Origin: Candidatus Saccharimonas sp.
GTDB lineage: Bacteria > Patescibacteriota > Saccharimonadia > Saccharimonadales > Saccharimonadaceae
Length of the DNA stretch: 32,000 nt
Assembly: GCA_015256915.3 (NCBI GenBank)
Contig: CP076101.2
Location: 180,001-212,000, forward strand
Reading direction: 5' to 3'
Shown: piece after piece, positions 8,615-17,291 of the stretch
How positions within the stretch are numbered: position 1 is the stretch's first letter
How the letters are laid out: each line of letters opens with the position of its first letter
Made by a program: the position numbers and the translations under genes
Notes under the pieces: generated by a model
The model's database searches: none
What the model was told of the DNA's origin: nothing
What the model saw: only the letters and a program-made list of their open reading frames with translations

Positions 8615-9278
8615 TTCACGCAAAAAAACTCTGGCTATAGTTTTGCGGCGAACTGATTTTGGCGAGGCCGACCGGATTGTAAATTTATTAACTCCAAATG
8701 GTAAACAGGTGGCAATTGCGCGTGGCGTTCGAAAACCAAAATCAAAGCTTGCTGGTGGAATTGAGTTTTTTTCGCTAAATGAAGTGGTTTTAATTGAAGG
8801 AAAAAGCGAAATGAAAACGCTTTCTTCAGCGAGAATGTGCGAGTTTTTTGGTGAAATTTTAAAAGATTTTGAAAGAACTGATTTTGCCTACCAAGCAATT
8901 AAAAAGGTTTCGAATCTTTGCGAACATATTGAATCGGTTGAATTTTTCGAAATTTTGTTAAAAGTCTTTCGCAGTTTGAATGATTTTGGAATCAGCTTAG
9001 ATTTGGTTCGAAAATGGTTTATTCTTAAAATCGCAGAATTTTCTGGCGATGAAATTAATCTTGAAACAGATAAAAATGGCAAGAAATTGCAGGAAAATTT
9101 AAGGTATGATTTTGATTTTTATGATAAGGTTTTTGTTGAAAGTTTTAGCGGTAAATTTGATGCAAATGATATTAAATTTTTGCGACTAATGGTTTCAAGC
9201 GAGCCAAAAGTTGTTTCAAAAATTAAAGGTTGTGACATTTTTTTGAACAAAATTGAAGAGATAATCCCAAGATTTTAA
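8607..9278 (+). CDS. recO: DNA repair protein RecO
   Basis: The N-terminal OB-fold signature AIVLRRTDFGEADRIVNLLTPNGKQVAIARGVRKPKSKL is classic RecO. The ATG overlaps the regulator gene by 8 nt, and an SD AAGGAG sits at 8594-8599. Confidence 0.85.
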   Translation: MNNSRKKTLAIVLRRTDFGEADRIVNLLTPNGKQVAIARGVRKPKSKLAGGIEFFSLNEVVLIEGKSEMKTLSSARMCEFFGEILKDFERTDFAYQAIKKVSNLCEHIESVEFFEILLKVFRSLNDFGISLDLVRKWFILKIAEFSGDEINLETDKNGKKLQENLRYDFDFYDKVFVESFSGKFDANDIKFLRLMVSSEPKVVSKIKGCDIFLNKIEEIIPRF

Positions 9279-9327
9279 AATAGGCTTTTGAAAGTCTATT
9301 TTTGTTATTTACTTTTAAAAAAGAAAG

Positions 9328-9336
9328 TGGTATAAT
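9328..9336 (+). promoter_or_regulatory. Extended -10 box upstream of the surface protein gene
   Basis: TGgTATAAT, then a 43-nt leader with an SD GGGAG (9370-9374) 5 nt before the ATG at 9380. Confidence 0.5.
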
Positions 9337-9379
9337 AATTTTAAGCATAAGTGTTTATATAATTAAAAAGGGAGAAAAA

Positions 9380-10684
9380 ATGAATTTTCGAAGTAAAATA
9401 ACAATTTTTATTCTTGCTGCGTTATTCTCAATAGTTAGCTTTGGCTCTTCTGCCTTTGCTGCCAAGGACATAACCAGCCAGCTAAAGATTGAGCCTAAGA
9501 GCATTAAGAGTAGCGGGCGCGAGTGGTCGATCGACATTTCTGGCCAGAATGTTAAAGAAGGGGACTGGGCGGCTTTTCGTGCTGAAAATATATCGTTGAT
9601 TCCGGGTAATAGTGTTGACTTGAAATACAAGAATGATAAAATTGGTATTATTTCTGTAGATAAGATTTATAGTGATGGGCACGGATTGAACGTTTCAAGT
9701 GTTGTTCGTAATGATGAAAATGCCAAACCAGGATCTACTGTCTGGCAGGGGAAAATTGTTTTCAATAAGAATATTGAAAAATATGCCGATTTTAAAACCT
9801 CTATTTCTAACAATAATACTAATTATTTCTCATATGTAAATCGTGATGTTACTGTAGAAACTAAAATTATTGGTAGCACTACTTTAAAAGGTGAAGATGT
9901 TAAACTCACTAAACAGCCTCTGATAAATATAAACAAGACAACTACCGGTCTTAGTGGGGCTCAATTTAATTCTAATAGTGGTGGTTCTGTCTTTGGTCCA
10001 ACTATAGTTTATTCTAAGAATGACCCTATCAAGGCTGGCTCTAAGATTAAAATTACTATGACCGAAGATTCTTCGATCCGTTTTGATGATAAGACTTATC
10101 CTGTTGGCTCGACTGTATTGTTAAACAGAATGCGTGAAAGTATAACCGCTTCCACCCCTGTAAATAAATATGGTGTTTACTTTGTTGGTGGACCTTCTAT
10201 GGAGTTAAAGGTTGTTTCTCGCTCTGAGACCGAGATAGTTCTTGAATTTGTTAAAGATGCACCCGCAGTAGACGGTATCTATAGGGGCTGGATTTCTTCT
10301 ATAAAAGTGGTAGATGGTTCGGCTATTAAAAACGGAACTATCAATGATGTTAAACATATAGTTGATTTAGTTGCACCTAACGGAAATACTATTGATAAGA
10401 GGGGATTCAATGGAAGTGCGCCGATATTTGGTAGCAACGTAGAAACCTATGCCAAAATCCGCAAGCCGGAAGCAAAGCCACAAAAACCTGCACCTGTACC
10501 AACTCCAGCTCAACCGCAACCGGCTGTTGAGGTTTCAAAAGATGAAAAGCCTTCATCATCAAAAGTTCAAGCTCCAAACACTGGTTTTGAAAAATCTCAA
10601 AATTTCATTATTCTAGCTTTTGCCATTTTGGGTGTAACTACTGCAGTAGTTTTTCGCAAAAAATTGGCAAAAATAAAAATCTAA
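9380..10684 (+). CDS. Cell-surface protein with signal peptide and C-terminal sortase-type sorting signal (APNTG + TM + basic tail)
   Basis: Start moved to ATG 9380 (MNFRSKITIFILAALFSIVSFGSSAFA/AKD). Pro-rich stalk KPEAKPQKPAPVPTPAQPQPA. C-terminus is QAPNTG-FEKSQNFIILAFAILGVTTAVVF-RKKLAKIKI. Confidence 0.8.
   Translation: MNFRSKITIFILAALFSIVSFGSSAFAAKDITSQLKIEPKSIKSSGREWSIDISGQNVKEGDWAAFRAENISLIPGNSVDLKYKNDKIGIISVDKIYSDGHGLNVSSVVRNDENAKPGSTVWQGKIVFNKNIEKYADFKTSISNNNTNYFSYVNRDVTVETKIIGSTTLKGEDVKLTKQPLININKTTTGLSGAQFNSNSGGSVFGPTIVYSKNDPIKAGSKIKITMTEDSSIRFDDKTYPVGSTVLLNRMRESITASTPVNKYGVYFVGGPSMELKVVSRSETEIVLEFVKDAPAVDGIYRGWISSIKVVDGSAIKNGTINDVKHIVDLVAPNGNTIDKRGFNGSAPIFGSNVETYAKIRKPEAKPQKPAPVPTPAQPQPAVEVSKDEKPSSSKVQAPNTGFEKSQNFIILAFAILGVTTAVVFRKKLAKIKI
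10566..10584 (+). repeat. 19-nt exact repeat, copy 1 (encodes the QAPNTG sorting motif)
   Basis: TTCAAGCTCCAAACACTGG is identical to 20763-20781. Confidence 0.9.
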
Positions 10685-10706
10685 TTTTATAGCAATTTAA
10701 ACAAAA

Positions 10707-10732
10707 AGCTCTCGAAAAACGGGAGCTTTTTT
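10707..10732 (+). terminator. Rho-independent terminator after the surface protein gene
   Basis: AGCTCTC-GAAAAAC-GGGAGCT followed by T6. The T tract runs into the next promoter. Confidence 0.75.
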
Positions 10733-10740
10733 GGTATAAT
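10732..10740 (+). promoter_or_regulatory. Extended -10 box upstream of glyQS
   Basis: TGgTATAAT. SD GGAGG at 10757-10761, 4 nt before the ATG at 10766. Confidence 0.5.
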
Positions 10741-10765
10741 AGTTAAAAGATTATACGGAGGAAAA

Positions 10766-12115
10766 ATGAAGAACGAAGATTTGATGGACAAAATTGTTAG
10801 TCTTGCTAAACGGCGGGGTTTTATTTGGCAAGGTAGTGAAGTTTATGGTGGAATGCGCGGAACTTGGGACTACGGCCCACTTGGGCTAGCTTTAAAGCGC
10901 AAAATTATGAATGAATGGTGGGAATTCTTTGTTGAAAATCGTGAAGACATGTTTGGCGTTGATGCTGCAATAATCATGAATCCAAAAGTTTGGCAGGCGA
11001 GTGGTCATGCTGCAACTTTTGCCGACCCTTTGGTGGAAGATTTAAAAACAGGCGAGCGATATCGTGCTGATCACCTTTTAAAAGATGCCGGAATTGAGGC
11101 GGAAGGACTTTCAAACGAGAAAATTACTGAAATCATCCGTGAGCAAGGCTTGAAATCGCCAAAAGGAAATGAACTTAGTGAAGTTCGAAGTTTCAACATG
11201 ATGTTTCAAACTAATGTTGGTGCAGTGGTGAATGAGAATTCAACCGCGTATCTTCGACCAGAAACTGCTCAGGGAATTTTTACTAATTACAAAAATGTAG
11301 TTGATTCGTTTTATCCAAGTTTGCCATTTGGTCTTGCGCAACAAGGAAAAGCTTTTCGAAACGAGATTTCGCCCCGAGATTTTGTTTTTCGTTCTCGCGA
11401 GTTTGAACAAATGGAGATTGAATATTTTGTAGATCCTGAGAATTGGGAAGCTGAATTTGAAAAATTGCTTAGGCTAGTTCGAAAATTCTTAACTGAAAAA
11501 ATGTGCTTGCCACAAAGTTCACTATATGAACTTGAAGTTCCAGAAGAAGACCGCGCGCATTATTCAAAACGCACTGTTGATTTTGAATTTAATTATCCAA
11601 TCGGCAAAGAAGAGCTGATGGGGATTGCTTATCGCACTGATTTTGATCTTGCTAATATCCAGCGGGCAAGTGGCAAGAATATGGAATATACTGATAAGCA
11701 AACGCGCAAAAAGTTCATTCCTCATGTGATTGAGCCAAGTTTTGGCGTTGAACGGCTTTTGATGGCGATTCTTTCTAATGCTTATCGCGAGGTTGAAACC
11801 GATGGCAAAACTCGTATTTTTTTGGCATTACCTGAAAATCTTGCTCCAACAAAAATCATTGTGGCACCACTTCTTAAAAATAAAGAAGCTTTGGTTGAAA
11901 AAGCACGAGAAATCTATCTTGAACTTCGCCAAAAATACAAAAATGTTGAATTTGATTTGAGCGGAAAAGTTGGAAAAGTTTATGCCAAGGCTGATGAAAT
12001 CGGTGTACCAAAAGTTGTTGTAATTGATTTTGACACAATTGAGGGCGATGGCTCGGTGAGTGTTCGAAATCGAGATGACGCCTCGCAAATTCGCGTAAAA
12101 TCGAGCGAGATTTAA
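10766..12115 (+). CDS. glyQS: Glycine--tRNA ligase (homodimeric class II type)
   Basis: N-terminus IVSLAKRRGFIWQGSEVYGGMRGTWDYGPLG, class II motifs FRNEISPR and EPSFGVERL, and a C-terminal anticodon-binding domain. Confidence 0.95.
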   Translation: MKNEDLMDKIVSLAKRRGFIWQGSEVYGGMRGTWDYGPLGLALKRKIMNEWWEFFVENREDMFGVDAAIIMNPKVWQASGHAATFADPLVEDLKTGERYRADHLLKDAGIEAEGLSNEKITEIIREQGLKSPKGNELSEVRSFNMMFQTNVGAVVNENSTAYLRPETAQGIFTNYKNVVDSFYPSLPFGLAQQGKAFRNEISPRDFVFRSREFEQMEIEYFVDPENWEAEFEKLLRLVRKFLTEKMCLPQSSLYELEVPEEDRAHYSKRTVDFEFNYPIGKEELMGIAYRTDFDLANIQRASGKNMEYTDKQTRKKFIPHVIEPSFGVERLLMAILSNAYREVETDGKTRIFLALPENLAPTKIIVAPLLKNKEALVEKAREIYLELRQKYKNVEFDLSGKVGKVYAKADEIGVPKVVVIDFDTIEGDGSVSVRNRDDASQIRVKSSEI

Positions 12116-12915
12116 TGAAAAAAATTAGTTCATCGCGAAACCCTTTGGTTAAAAAACTTGTTCAACTTTCGAATAAACAAAGCTTTCGAAACAAACAGGG
12201 GTTAACTATTATTGAGGGGGTTCATTTGGTTAGCGAATGGCTTAAAGCTTTTGGCTCACCGGAGATTTGCGTTGTTTCAAGTTCTTCTAAAAGTTTTGAG
12301 GTTGAGCAAGTGATTAAAAAATGCGAAGAACTTGGTGTTGAAATTGTTGAGCTTGAGTCGAATATTTATACCAAAATTAGCCCCGTAATTGAAGGCGTTG
12401 GAATACTTTTTGTTGTAAAAATATCAACTTTTCAAGATGTTGACTTTCGAAAAGATACGATTTTTCTTGAAAAGATTCAAGATCCGGGTAATCTTGGCAC
12501 AATTTTGCGTAGTGCAGTTGGTTTTGGCGTTGAACAAATTATTTGCTCGAAAGGGACTGTTTCGGCCTGGTCACCGAAAGTGTTACGATCTGGAATGGGA
12601 GCACATTTTAAACTAAAAATTTTTGAAAACCAAGATTTAAATTTATTAGTTGATAAAATGCAAGTTCCAGTTTTTGCTACAAGTTTGAGAGCTAAAAAAT
12701 CAATTTACGATGAGGATTTTACAACAAAAACGGCTTGGATTTTTGGTAACGAAGGTTCTGGTGTTTCTAGTGAGCTACTTTCGAAAATTGAAAATCAAGT
12801 AATGATTCCGCAGGTTGGCGAAATTGAAAGCTTAAATGTAGCAATGGCCGCTACAGTCTGTTTGGCAGAACAATCTAGACAAAGGTTGAAGCATGAGCAT
12901 CTTGGCGAAATCTAA
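12115..12915 (+). CDS. TrmH/SpoU-family RNA 2'-O-methyltransferase (RlmB-like)
   Basis: SPOUT motifs DPGNLGTILRSAVGFGV, IFGNEGSGVS and SLNVAMAATVCL. The start overlaps the glyQS stop (TAATG). Confidence 0.85.
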   Translation: MKKISSSRNPLVKKLVQLSNKQSFRNKQGLTIIEGVHLVSEWLKAFGSPEICVVSSSSKSFEVEQVIKKCEELGVEIVELESNIYTKISPVIEGVGILFVVKISTFQDVDFRKDTIFLEKIQDPGNLGTILRSAVGFGVEQIICSKGTVSAWSPKVLRSGMGAHFKLKIFENQDLNLLVDKMQVPVFATSLRAKKSIYDEDFTTKTAWIFGNEGSGVSSELLSKIENQVMIPQVGEIESLNVAMAATVCLAEQSRQRLKHEHLGEI

Positions 12916-12930
12916 ATAATATGGTATAAT
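12902..12930 (+). promoter_or_regulatory. Promoter for the leaderless CYTH gene
   Basis: TTGGCG (12902-12907), 17-nt spacer, TGgTATAAT (12922-12930), 6 nt to the ATG at 12937. Confidence 0.55.
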
Positions 12931-12936
12931 CGAATT

Positions 12937-13494
12937 ATGAAGAAAGTTATCGTAAAGGCAAAAATTAAAAATAAGGTTGATTTTATCAAAAGAATAACGG
13001 ATACGGGGCATGATTTTGGGCGAGTTGTTTTTCAGAATGATCGCGTATTTTTACCACGAGGTTTTCAGCCAAGTAGAAATTTACCAAAGTTGATGATTAG
13101 AACAGAGATTATTGATCCAAAACGCAAACCTTGGTATCAGCTGATTCAAAAGCGTCATATTGATGCTGAAAATGTTGATTTAATTCATGAAACGCCGGTT
13201 TTAAATTATTCTGAAACAGCGCATATTGTTCAGCAGCTTGGCTTTGAAATGAAAGTTGAGGTGCTTCGAAATCGCCAGAAACTTCAGGTTGAAGACACTA
13301 CTTTCTTTTTAGACGATGTTGAAGGATTGGGAACTTTCATTAAACTTGAACGAGAGGTGAAAAAAGGTGATAATCCAGATGGAATTCGCCAAGAATTGTG
13401 GGATGTTCTAGAAGTTCTAGGAATCGACAGAACCGCATACTCACCAGAAAACTATACAGCGCAACTTCTTCGAAAGAAAAAAGCTAAAAAATAA
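12937..13494 (+). CDS. CYTH-fold protein (class IV adenylate cyclase / triphosphatase-like) with a degenerate N-terminal ExExK motif
   Basis: The C-terminal half (LDDVEGLGTFIKLERE ... SPENYTAQLL) matches the CyaB/CYTH pattern LG.F.EIE ... SY..LL. The N-terminal strand reads VIVKAKIK instead of E.E.K. Confidence 0.6.
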   Translation: MKKVIVKAKIKNKVDFIKRITDTGHDFGRVVFQNDRVFLPRGFQPSRNLPKLMIRTEIIDPKRKPWYQLIQKRHIDAENVDLIHETPVLNYSETAHIVQQLGFEMKVEVLRNRQKLQVEDTTFFLDDVEGLGTFIKLEREVKKGDNPDGIRQELWDVLEVLGIDRTAYSPENYTAQLLRKKKAKK

Positions 13495-13498
13495 CTCA

Positions 13499-13524
13499 AA
13501 AATCACTCGAAAGGGTGATTTTAG
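13499..13524 (+). terminator. Rho-independent terminator after the CYTH gene
   Basis: Stem AAAATCACTC/GGGTGATTTT with a GAAA tetraloop, followed by T-rich sequence. Confidence 0.7.
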
Positions 13525-13543
13525 TTAATTTTTTTAAATAAGC

Positions 13544-13572
13544 TTGAACACTTTGAAAAAAGCTGGTATAAT
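13544..13572 (+). promoter_or_regulatory. Promoter of the ftsEX operon (leaderless)
   Basis: TTGAAC (13544-13549), 17-nt spacer, TGgTATAAT (13564-13572). GTG at 13578 and ATG at 13581 follow. Confidence 0.6.
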
Positions 13573-13580
13573 AAAAAGTG

Positions 13581-14264
13581 ATGATATTATTAGATCGTGT
13601 GACAAAAGTTTATGGTAATTCAAAAACTCCTGCGATTAACAGGGTTAGCCTTCATATTAAGCCAAAAGAGTTTGTTATTTTGGTTGGAACGAGTGGTGCG
13701 GGAAAATCCTCACTTTTAAAAATGCTCACTCGTGAAGAAAAACAAACCAGCGGTAAAATTGTTGTTGGTGGAATTGATTATGACAAATTGCGAGATAAGG
13801 ATATTCCACTTTTGCGGCGCCGAATTGGTGTGATTTTTCAAGATTTTAAGCTTTTGCCAAATCGAACCGTTTTCGAAAATGTAGCTTTTGCGCTTGAAAT
13901 TGCCGGAATGACTAATCATGAGATTAAAGCGACTGTTCCAAAAGTTATTAAACTTGTTGGTCTTGAAGGAAAAGAGGGAAATTTTCCACATCAGTTAAGT
14001 GGTGGTGAAAGGCAACGTGTAGCGATTGCCCGGGCAATCGCTCGCCAGCCAAAAATTCTAATTGCCGATGAGCCAACAGGGAATCTTGACCCAAAGCATA
14101 GTTGGGACATTATTAGACTACTTGAAAAAATTAATGATTACGGAACAACAGTTGTCTTAACTACGCATAATGTTGAAATTGTAAATAAACTTAAACGGCG
14201 TGTAATTACCTTAAATGGTGGAAAAATTACTCACGACCAATCACAAGGGGAGTATAGGCAATAA
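13581..14264 (+). CDS. ftsE: Cell-division ABC ATPase FtsE
   Basis: Walker A GTSGAGKSS, signature LSGGERQRVAIARA, Walker B ILIADEPTGNLD. About 227 aa and followed by ftsX. The start could instead be GTG 13578. Confidence 0.9.
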   Translation: MILLDRVTKVYGNSKTPAINRVSLHIKPKEFVILVGTSGAGKSSLLKMLTREEKQTSGKIVVGGIDYDKLRDKDIPLLRRRIGVIFQDFKLLPNRTVFENVAFALEIAGMTNHEIKATVPKVIKLVGLEGKEGNFPHQLSGGERQRVAIARAIARQPKILIADEPTGNLDPKHSWDIIRLLEKINDYGTTVVLTTHNVEIVNKLKRRVITLNGGKITHDQSQGEYRQ

Positions 14265-15295
14265 TGAGAGAGGAAAATTTAAAACATCATAAAATTAAAG
14301 GCTCTCAAGTGCAGCAAGGTAGAAAAAAACAAAATTCGAAAGTTATTATGCAACATAAACAGCGTCGCCGCAAAACTTTAACTCTTTGGCGAATTACAAA
14401 ATATGGTGCAAATAGCTTTGTTCGAAATGCTTGGCTTTCGGTTGCCGCAACTGCTGTGATGACTGTTACTTTGGTGATTATTTTTGGTTCACTCCTTGCA
14501 CGTTCAATTTTGATGGATACGGTTGATGACATTAAAAATAAAGTCGATATGTCTATCTATCTTAAAAAAGGTGTTTCAAATTCTGATATTTTAAAAATGC
14601 AAAAAGCAATTAAAGATTTACCTTCAGTTACAGATATAACATACATTTCACCACAAGAGGCACGTGATAGATTTGCTCGAAAAAATTCGGCTGATGCGGA
14701 TATTCGAAAAGCCTTAATTGAATCGAACAATGAATTTTTTGGAATTTTTAATGTTAAACTTGTGGATATTTCGAATTCAACAGAGTTAAAAAATCTTGTT
14801 GAAAATAATAAGCTAATTAAATCAAATCTCGATCCAGATCATCCACCAACATATGCAAGTGATCGAAACGAGATTATTAAAAATATCTCAAATACAATTA
14901 ATTTTGCTGAAAAAGTTGGAATTTTAGCTGGCTCAATTTTTGTAATCATTGCTAGTTTAATTATTTTTAATACAATTCGAATGGCTATTTTTAACCGTAG
15001 AGAAGAGATTTATATGATGAAATTAATTGGTGCAAATAAAAGTTTTATTGCTGGACCATTTTTGGTTGAAGCAGTGATTTGTGGAACAATCGCAGCAATT
15101 TTAGCCTCAATAATTGGCTATACTATAATTTTTCTTTCGAAATCTCGGCTCGAAGCTTATGGAATTATCATTTCGCCTGTAATTTCATTCTTGCAAGTTT
15201 ATGGATTTTTGGTTGTTCTGGGGCTGGTAGTTGTTGGTTCATTTATTGGCGTTGTTTCAGCATTTACGGCAACAAGAAAATATCTAAAAATATAG
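14264..15295 (+). CDS. ftsX: Cell-division permease-like protein FtsX
   Basis: The start overlaps the ftsE stop (TAATG). Basic N-terminus, TM1, a ~130-aa extracellular loop, then three C-terminal TM helices (FtsX topology). Confidence 0.85.
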   Translation: MREENLKHHKIKGSQVQQGRKKQNSKVIMQHKQRRRKTLTLWRITKYGANSFVRNAWLSVAATAVMTVTLVIIFGSLLARSILMDTVDDIKNKVDMSIYLKKGVSNSDILKMQKAIKDLPSVTDITYISPQEARDRFARKNSADADIRKALIESNNEFFGIFNVKLVDISNSTELKNLVENNKLIKSNLDPDHPPTYASDRNEIIKNISNTINFAEKVGILAGSIFVIIASLIIFNTIRMAIFNRREEIYMMKLIGANKSFIAGPFLVEAVICGTIAAILASIIGYTIIFLSKSRLEAYGIIISPVISFLQVYGFLVVLGLVVVGSFIGVVSAFTATRKYLKI

Positions 15296-15303
15296 AAAGG
15301 GGC

Positions 15304-15332
15304 TTGTTTTCGAAAAAAGATTGTGGTATAAT
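15304..15332 (+). promoter_or_regulatory. Promoter upstream of the PcsB-like hydrolase gene
   Basis: TTGTTT (15304-15309), 17-nt spacer, TGgTATAAT (15324-15332). 39-nt A-rich leader with no SD. Confidence 0.5.
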
Positions 15333-15371
15333 CTATTTAAGAATAAAGTTAAAATAAAAAGAAAAATAACT

Positions 15372-16559
15372 ATGAAAAAGATTAAGAAGAAGAATTTAGT
15401 GATAAATGGCGCAATTTCTCTTGGAGTTGTTGTTGCTGGTGTTATTGCGGCTTTGCCAAAAAGTGCTGAAGCCGAGAAGAGCGTTGAACAGCTCGATAAA
15501 GAAATTAAAGCTCTGGAATCTCAAATTAGTGGTGCGGAATCTCGTGCGAGCGATCTTAGAAATAAAGCGCAAACACTTCAAAATGAGCTTAGCGGTATTG
15601 AAAATGAAAAAGCTACAATTCAATCGCAAATTGCAATATATCAAAAACAATATGAAAAGCTACAGCTTGAAATTAAAAATAATGAAGAGAGTATTGAACG
15701 AAATCGAAATGCTTTGGGTTCTATTTTGGCGGCAATGTCGCTTGAAGATAATATCACACCAATTGAACGGATCGCAGGAAGCAACAATCTTTCGAAAGCG
15801 CTTGATAATTTTGAATATCAAAGTGCAGTTAAAAGCCAGTTGGTTGAAAAGGTTGATAGTATTAAGCGAGCGAAAGCTGAACTTGAAAAGCAGCGAGATG
15901 AAGTTAAAGTTGCTTTAACTAACCAGCAGCAAGCTGAATCTGCGCTTCAAGAAAAAATTCGCCAGCAGAATGAATTAATTGCTCAAACTAAAAATGATGA
16001 AGCAGAATATACAAAATATGCGAACGAGCGAAACTCACAAAAAGCAGCTCTTCAAAAACAGCAGCAAGATATGATTCAGGCTCAAATTTTGCGAGCAGCT
16101 CGAGCAGCCGGTAGTGGGTCTCTTCCACAGGCTATTGCTGGAACAAGCAGTTACCCTTGGAATGATGCAAACTGTTTTGTTGATGCGAATGCAGTAAGTT
16201 ATGGCGGTGCAGATGGAAATGGAACAGATGGCTATGGCTATGGTTGTCGCCAATGTGTGAGCTATGTTGCATGGAAATTACGTGCAACGAAAGGTATTAA
16301 CGCTGCATATTGGGGTAATGCTAAAGATGTGCCAGCTAGCGCACGGCGAGCAGGATTCCGAACTGGAAGTACTCCAAAAGTTGGATCATTCGGCGTAATG
16401 AGCGGCGGTCAATATGGTCACATTGTTTGGGTTGAGGCTGTGAATGGTAATATGGTTACGATTTCGCAGTATAATTACTTTGTTAATGGTAGATGGGGTC
16501 AATTCTCAACAATGACCGTACCTGCAAGCACTTATGATACATATGTGTATTTCGATTAA
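15372..16559 (+). CDS. Secreted coiled-coil + CHAP-domain peptidoglycan hydrolase (PcsB-like)
   Basis: Start moved to ATG 15372 (signal peptide ...ALPKSAEA/EK). About 230 aa of heptad-rich coiled coil, then a C-terminal CHAP domain with Cys in GCRQCVSYVAWKL and His in YGHIVWVEAV. Confidence 0.85.
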   Translation: MKKIKKKNLVINGAISLGVVVAGVIAALPKSAEAEKSVEQLDKEIKALESQISGAESRASDLRNKAQTLQNELSGIENEKATIQSQIAIYQKQYEKLQLEIKNNEESIERNRNALGSILAAMSLEDNITPIERIAGSNNLSKALDNFEYQSAVKSQLVEKVDSIKRAKAELEKQRDEVKVALTNQQQAESALQEKIRQQNELIAQTKNDEAEYTKYANERNSQKAALQKQQQDMIQAQILRAARAAGSGSLPQAIAGTSSYPWNDANCFVDANAVSYGGADGNGTDGYGYGCRQCVSYVAWKLRATKGINAAYWGNAKDVPASARRAGFRTGSTPKVGSFGVMSGGQYGHIVWVEAVNGNMVTISQYNYFVNGRWGQFSTMTVPASTYDTYVYFD

Positions 16560-16564
16560 TATTT

Positions 16565-16593
16565 AGCGAGCCAGTTTATCTGACTCGCTTTTT
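16565..16593 (+). terminator. Rho-independent terminator after the CHAP hydrolase gene
   Basis: Stem AGCGAG-C-CAG/CTG-A-CTCGCT with a 5-nt loop, then T5. Confidence 0.75.
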
Positions 16594-16600
16594 ATTATTT

Positions 16601-16616
16601 GCTTTAAATTATTTAG
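16601..16616. repeat. Left arm of an imperfect inverted repeat bracketing the AT-rich insert
   Basis: GCTTTAAATTATTTAG matches the reverse complement of 17276-17291 (GCTTTAAAATAATTTG) at 13 of 16 positions; the first 8 are perfect. Confidence 0.3.
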
Positions 16617-16767
16617 AAAATGAGATGGTGTTTCTCGATGGAATGAAAGTATTTTATATAAAAATATTCAAAAAAGATATAATTTTAATAAAAATGCAAA
16701 TGTTTCTAAATTTAATCATATAATTCTACTATTGCAATTGCTGAATAGCTAAGTTATAATATGAAAA

Positions 16768-16805
16768 GCTGTTCATAATAATATAAACCATGTTTATGAA
16801 CAAGC
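16768..16805 (+). other. Hairpin / palindrome inside the AT-rich insert
   Basis: TGTTCATAA (16770-16778) pairs with TTATGAACA (16794-16802). Extendable by GC/GC with one bulged A. 15-nt loop. Confidence 0.5.
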
Positions 16806-16899
16806 ACCTATAGAAGATAGTCGGCTAATATTCCAAAAAATTGATTTTCTAAAAACTATTTTTTGTACTTTTTAGTATACAGCAGGAGGGGGTTTAAAA

Positions 16900-17142
16900 A
16901 TGTCAGAAGAAAAACAAATAACTAGTGCTGAATTTGGTAGAAGATTAATAGAAGATAATAGGGAATTAATACGAATAATAGGTACTGCCCTTTATCCAGC
17001 AATTGAACAACTGAAATTATATCAAGAAGCTCGGAAAGAAATTAGAAGTATGAAATTAGAAAAAAGGACTTCATATGAGCTTAAAGTTCAAGACACGGCA
17101 ATCGCCTGGGAAAAAGAATATCTAAGTAGAAAAAACTTTTAG
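16900..17142 (+). CDS. Hypothetical 80-aa helical protein
   Basis: Strongest SD in the window (AGGAGGGG at 16885-16892, 7 nt before the ATG) and its own strong terminator. No TM helix and no recognisable motif. Confidence 0.6.
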   Translation: MSEEKQITSAEFGRRLIEDNRELIRIIGTALYPAIEQLKLYQEARKEIRSMKLEKRTSYELKVQDTAIAWEKEYLSRKNF

Positions 17143-17151
17143 TCAGTCTTC

Positions 17152-17180
17152 AAGACCCAAAAAATGGGTCTTTTTTATTT
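17152..17180 (+). terminator. Rho-independent terminator after the 80-aa ORF
   Basis: AAGACCCA-AAAAA-TGGGTCTT followed by TTTTTTATTTT. Confidence 0.8.
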
Positions 17181-17275
17181 TAACGCTCTTCTAAAATATG
17201 TCTAACCTGCCACAATTACAGAAAAGAGAAATTTTGGCAAAATTATCACAAGAACAGTGCAAATTCAAATTATTT

Positions 17276-17291
17276 TAAAGCATTAAATATT
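17276..17291. repeat. Right arm of the imperfect inverted repeat bracketing the AT-rich insert
   Basis: CAAATTATTTTAAAGC; see 16601-16616. Confidence 0.3.
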
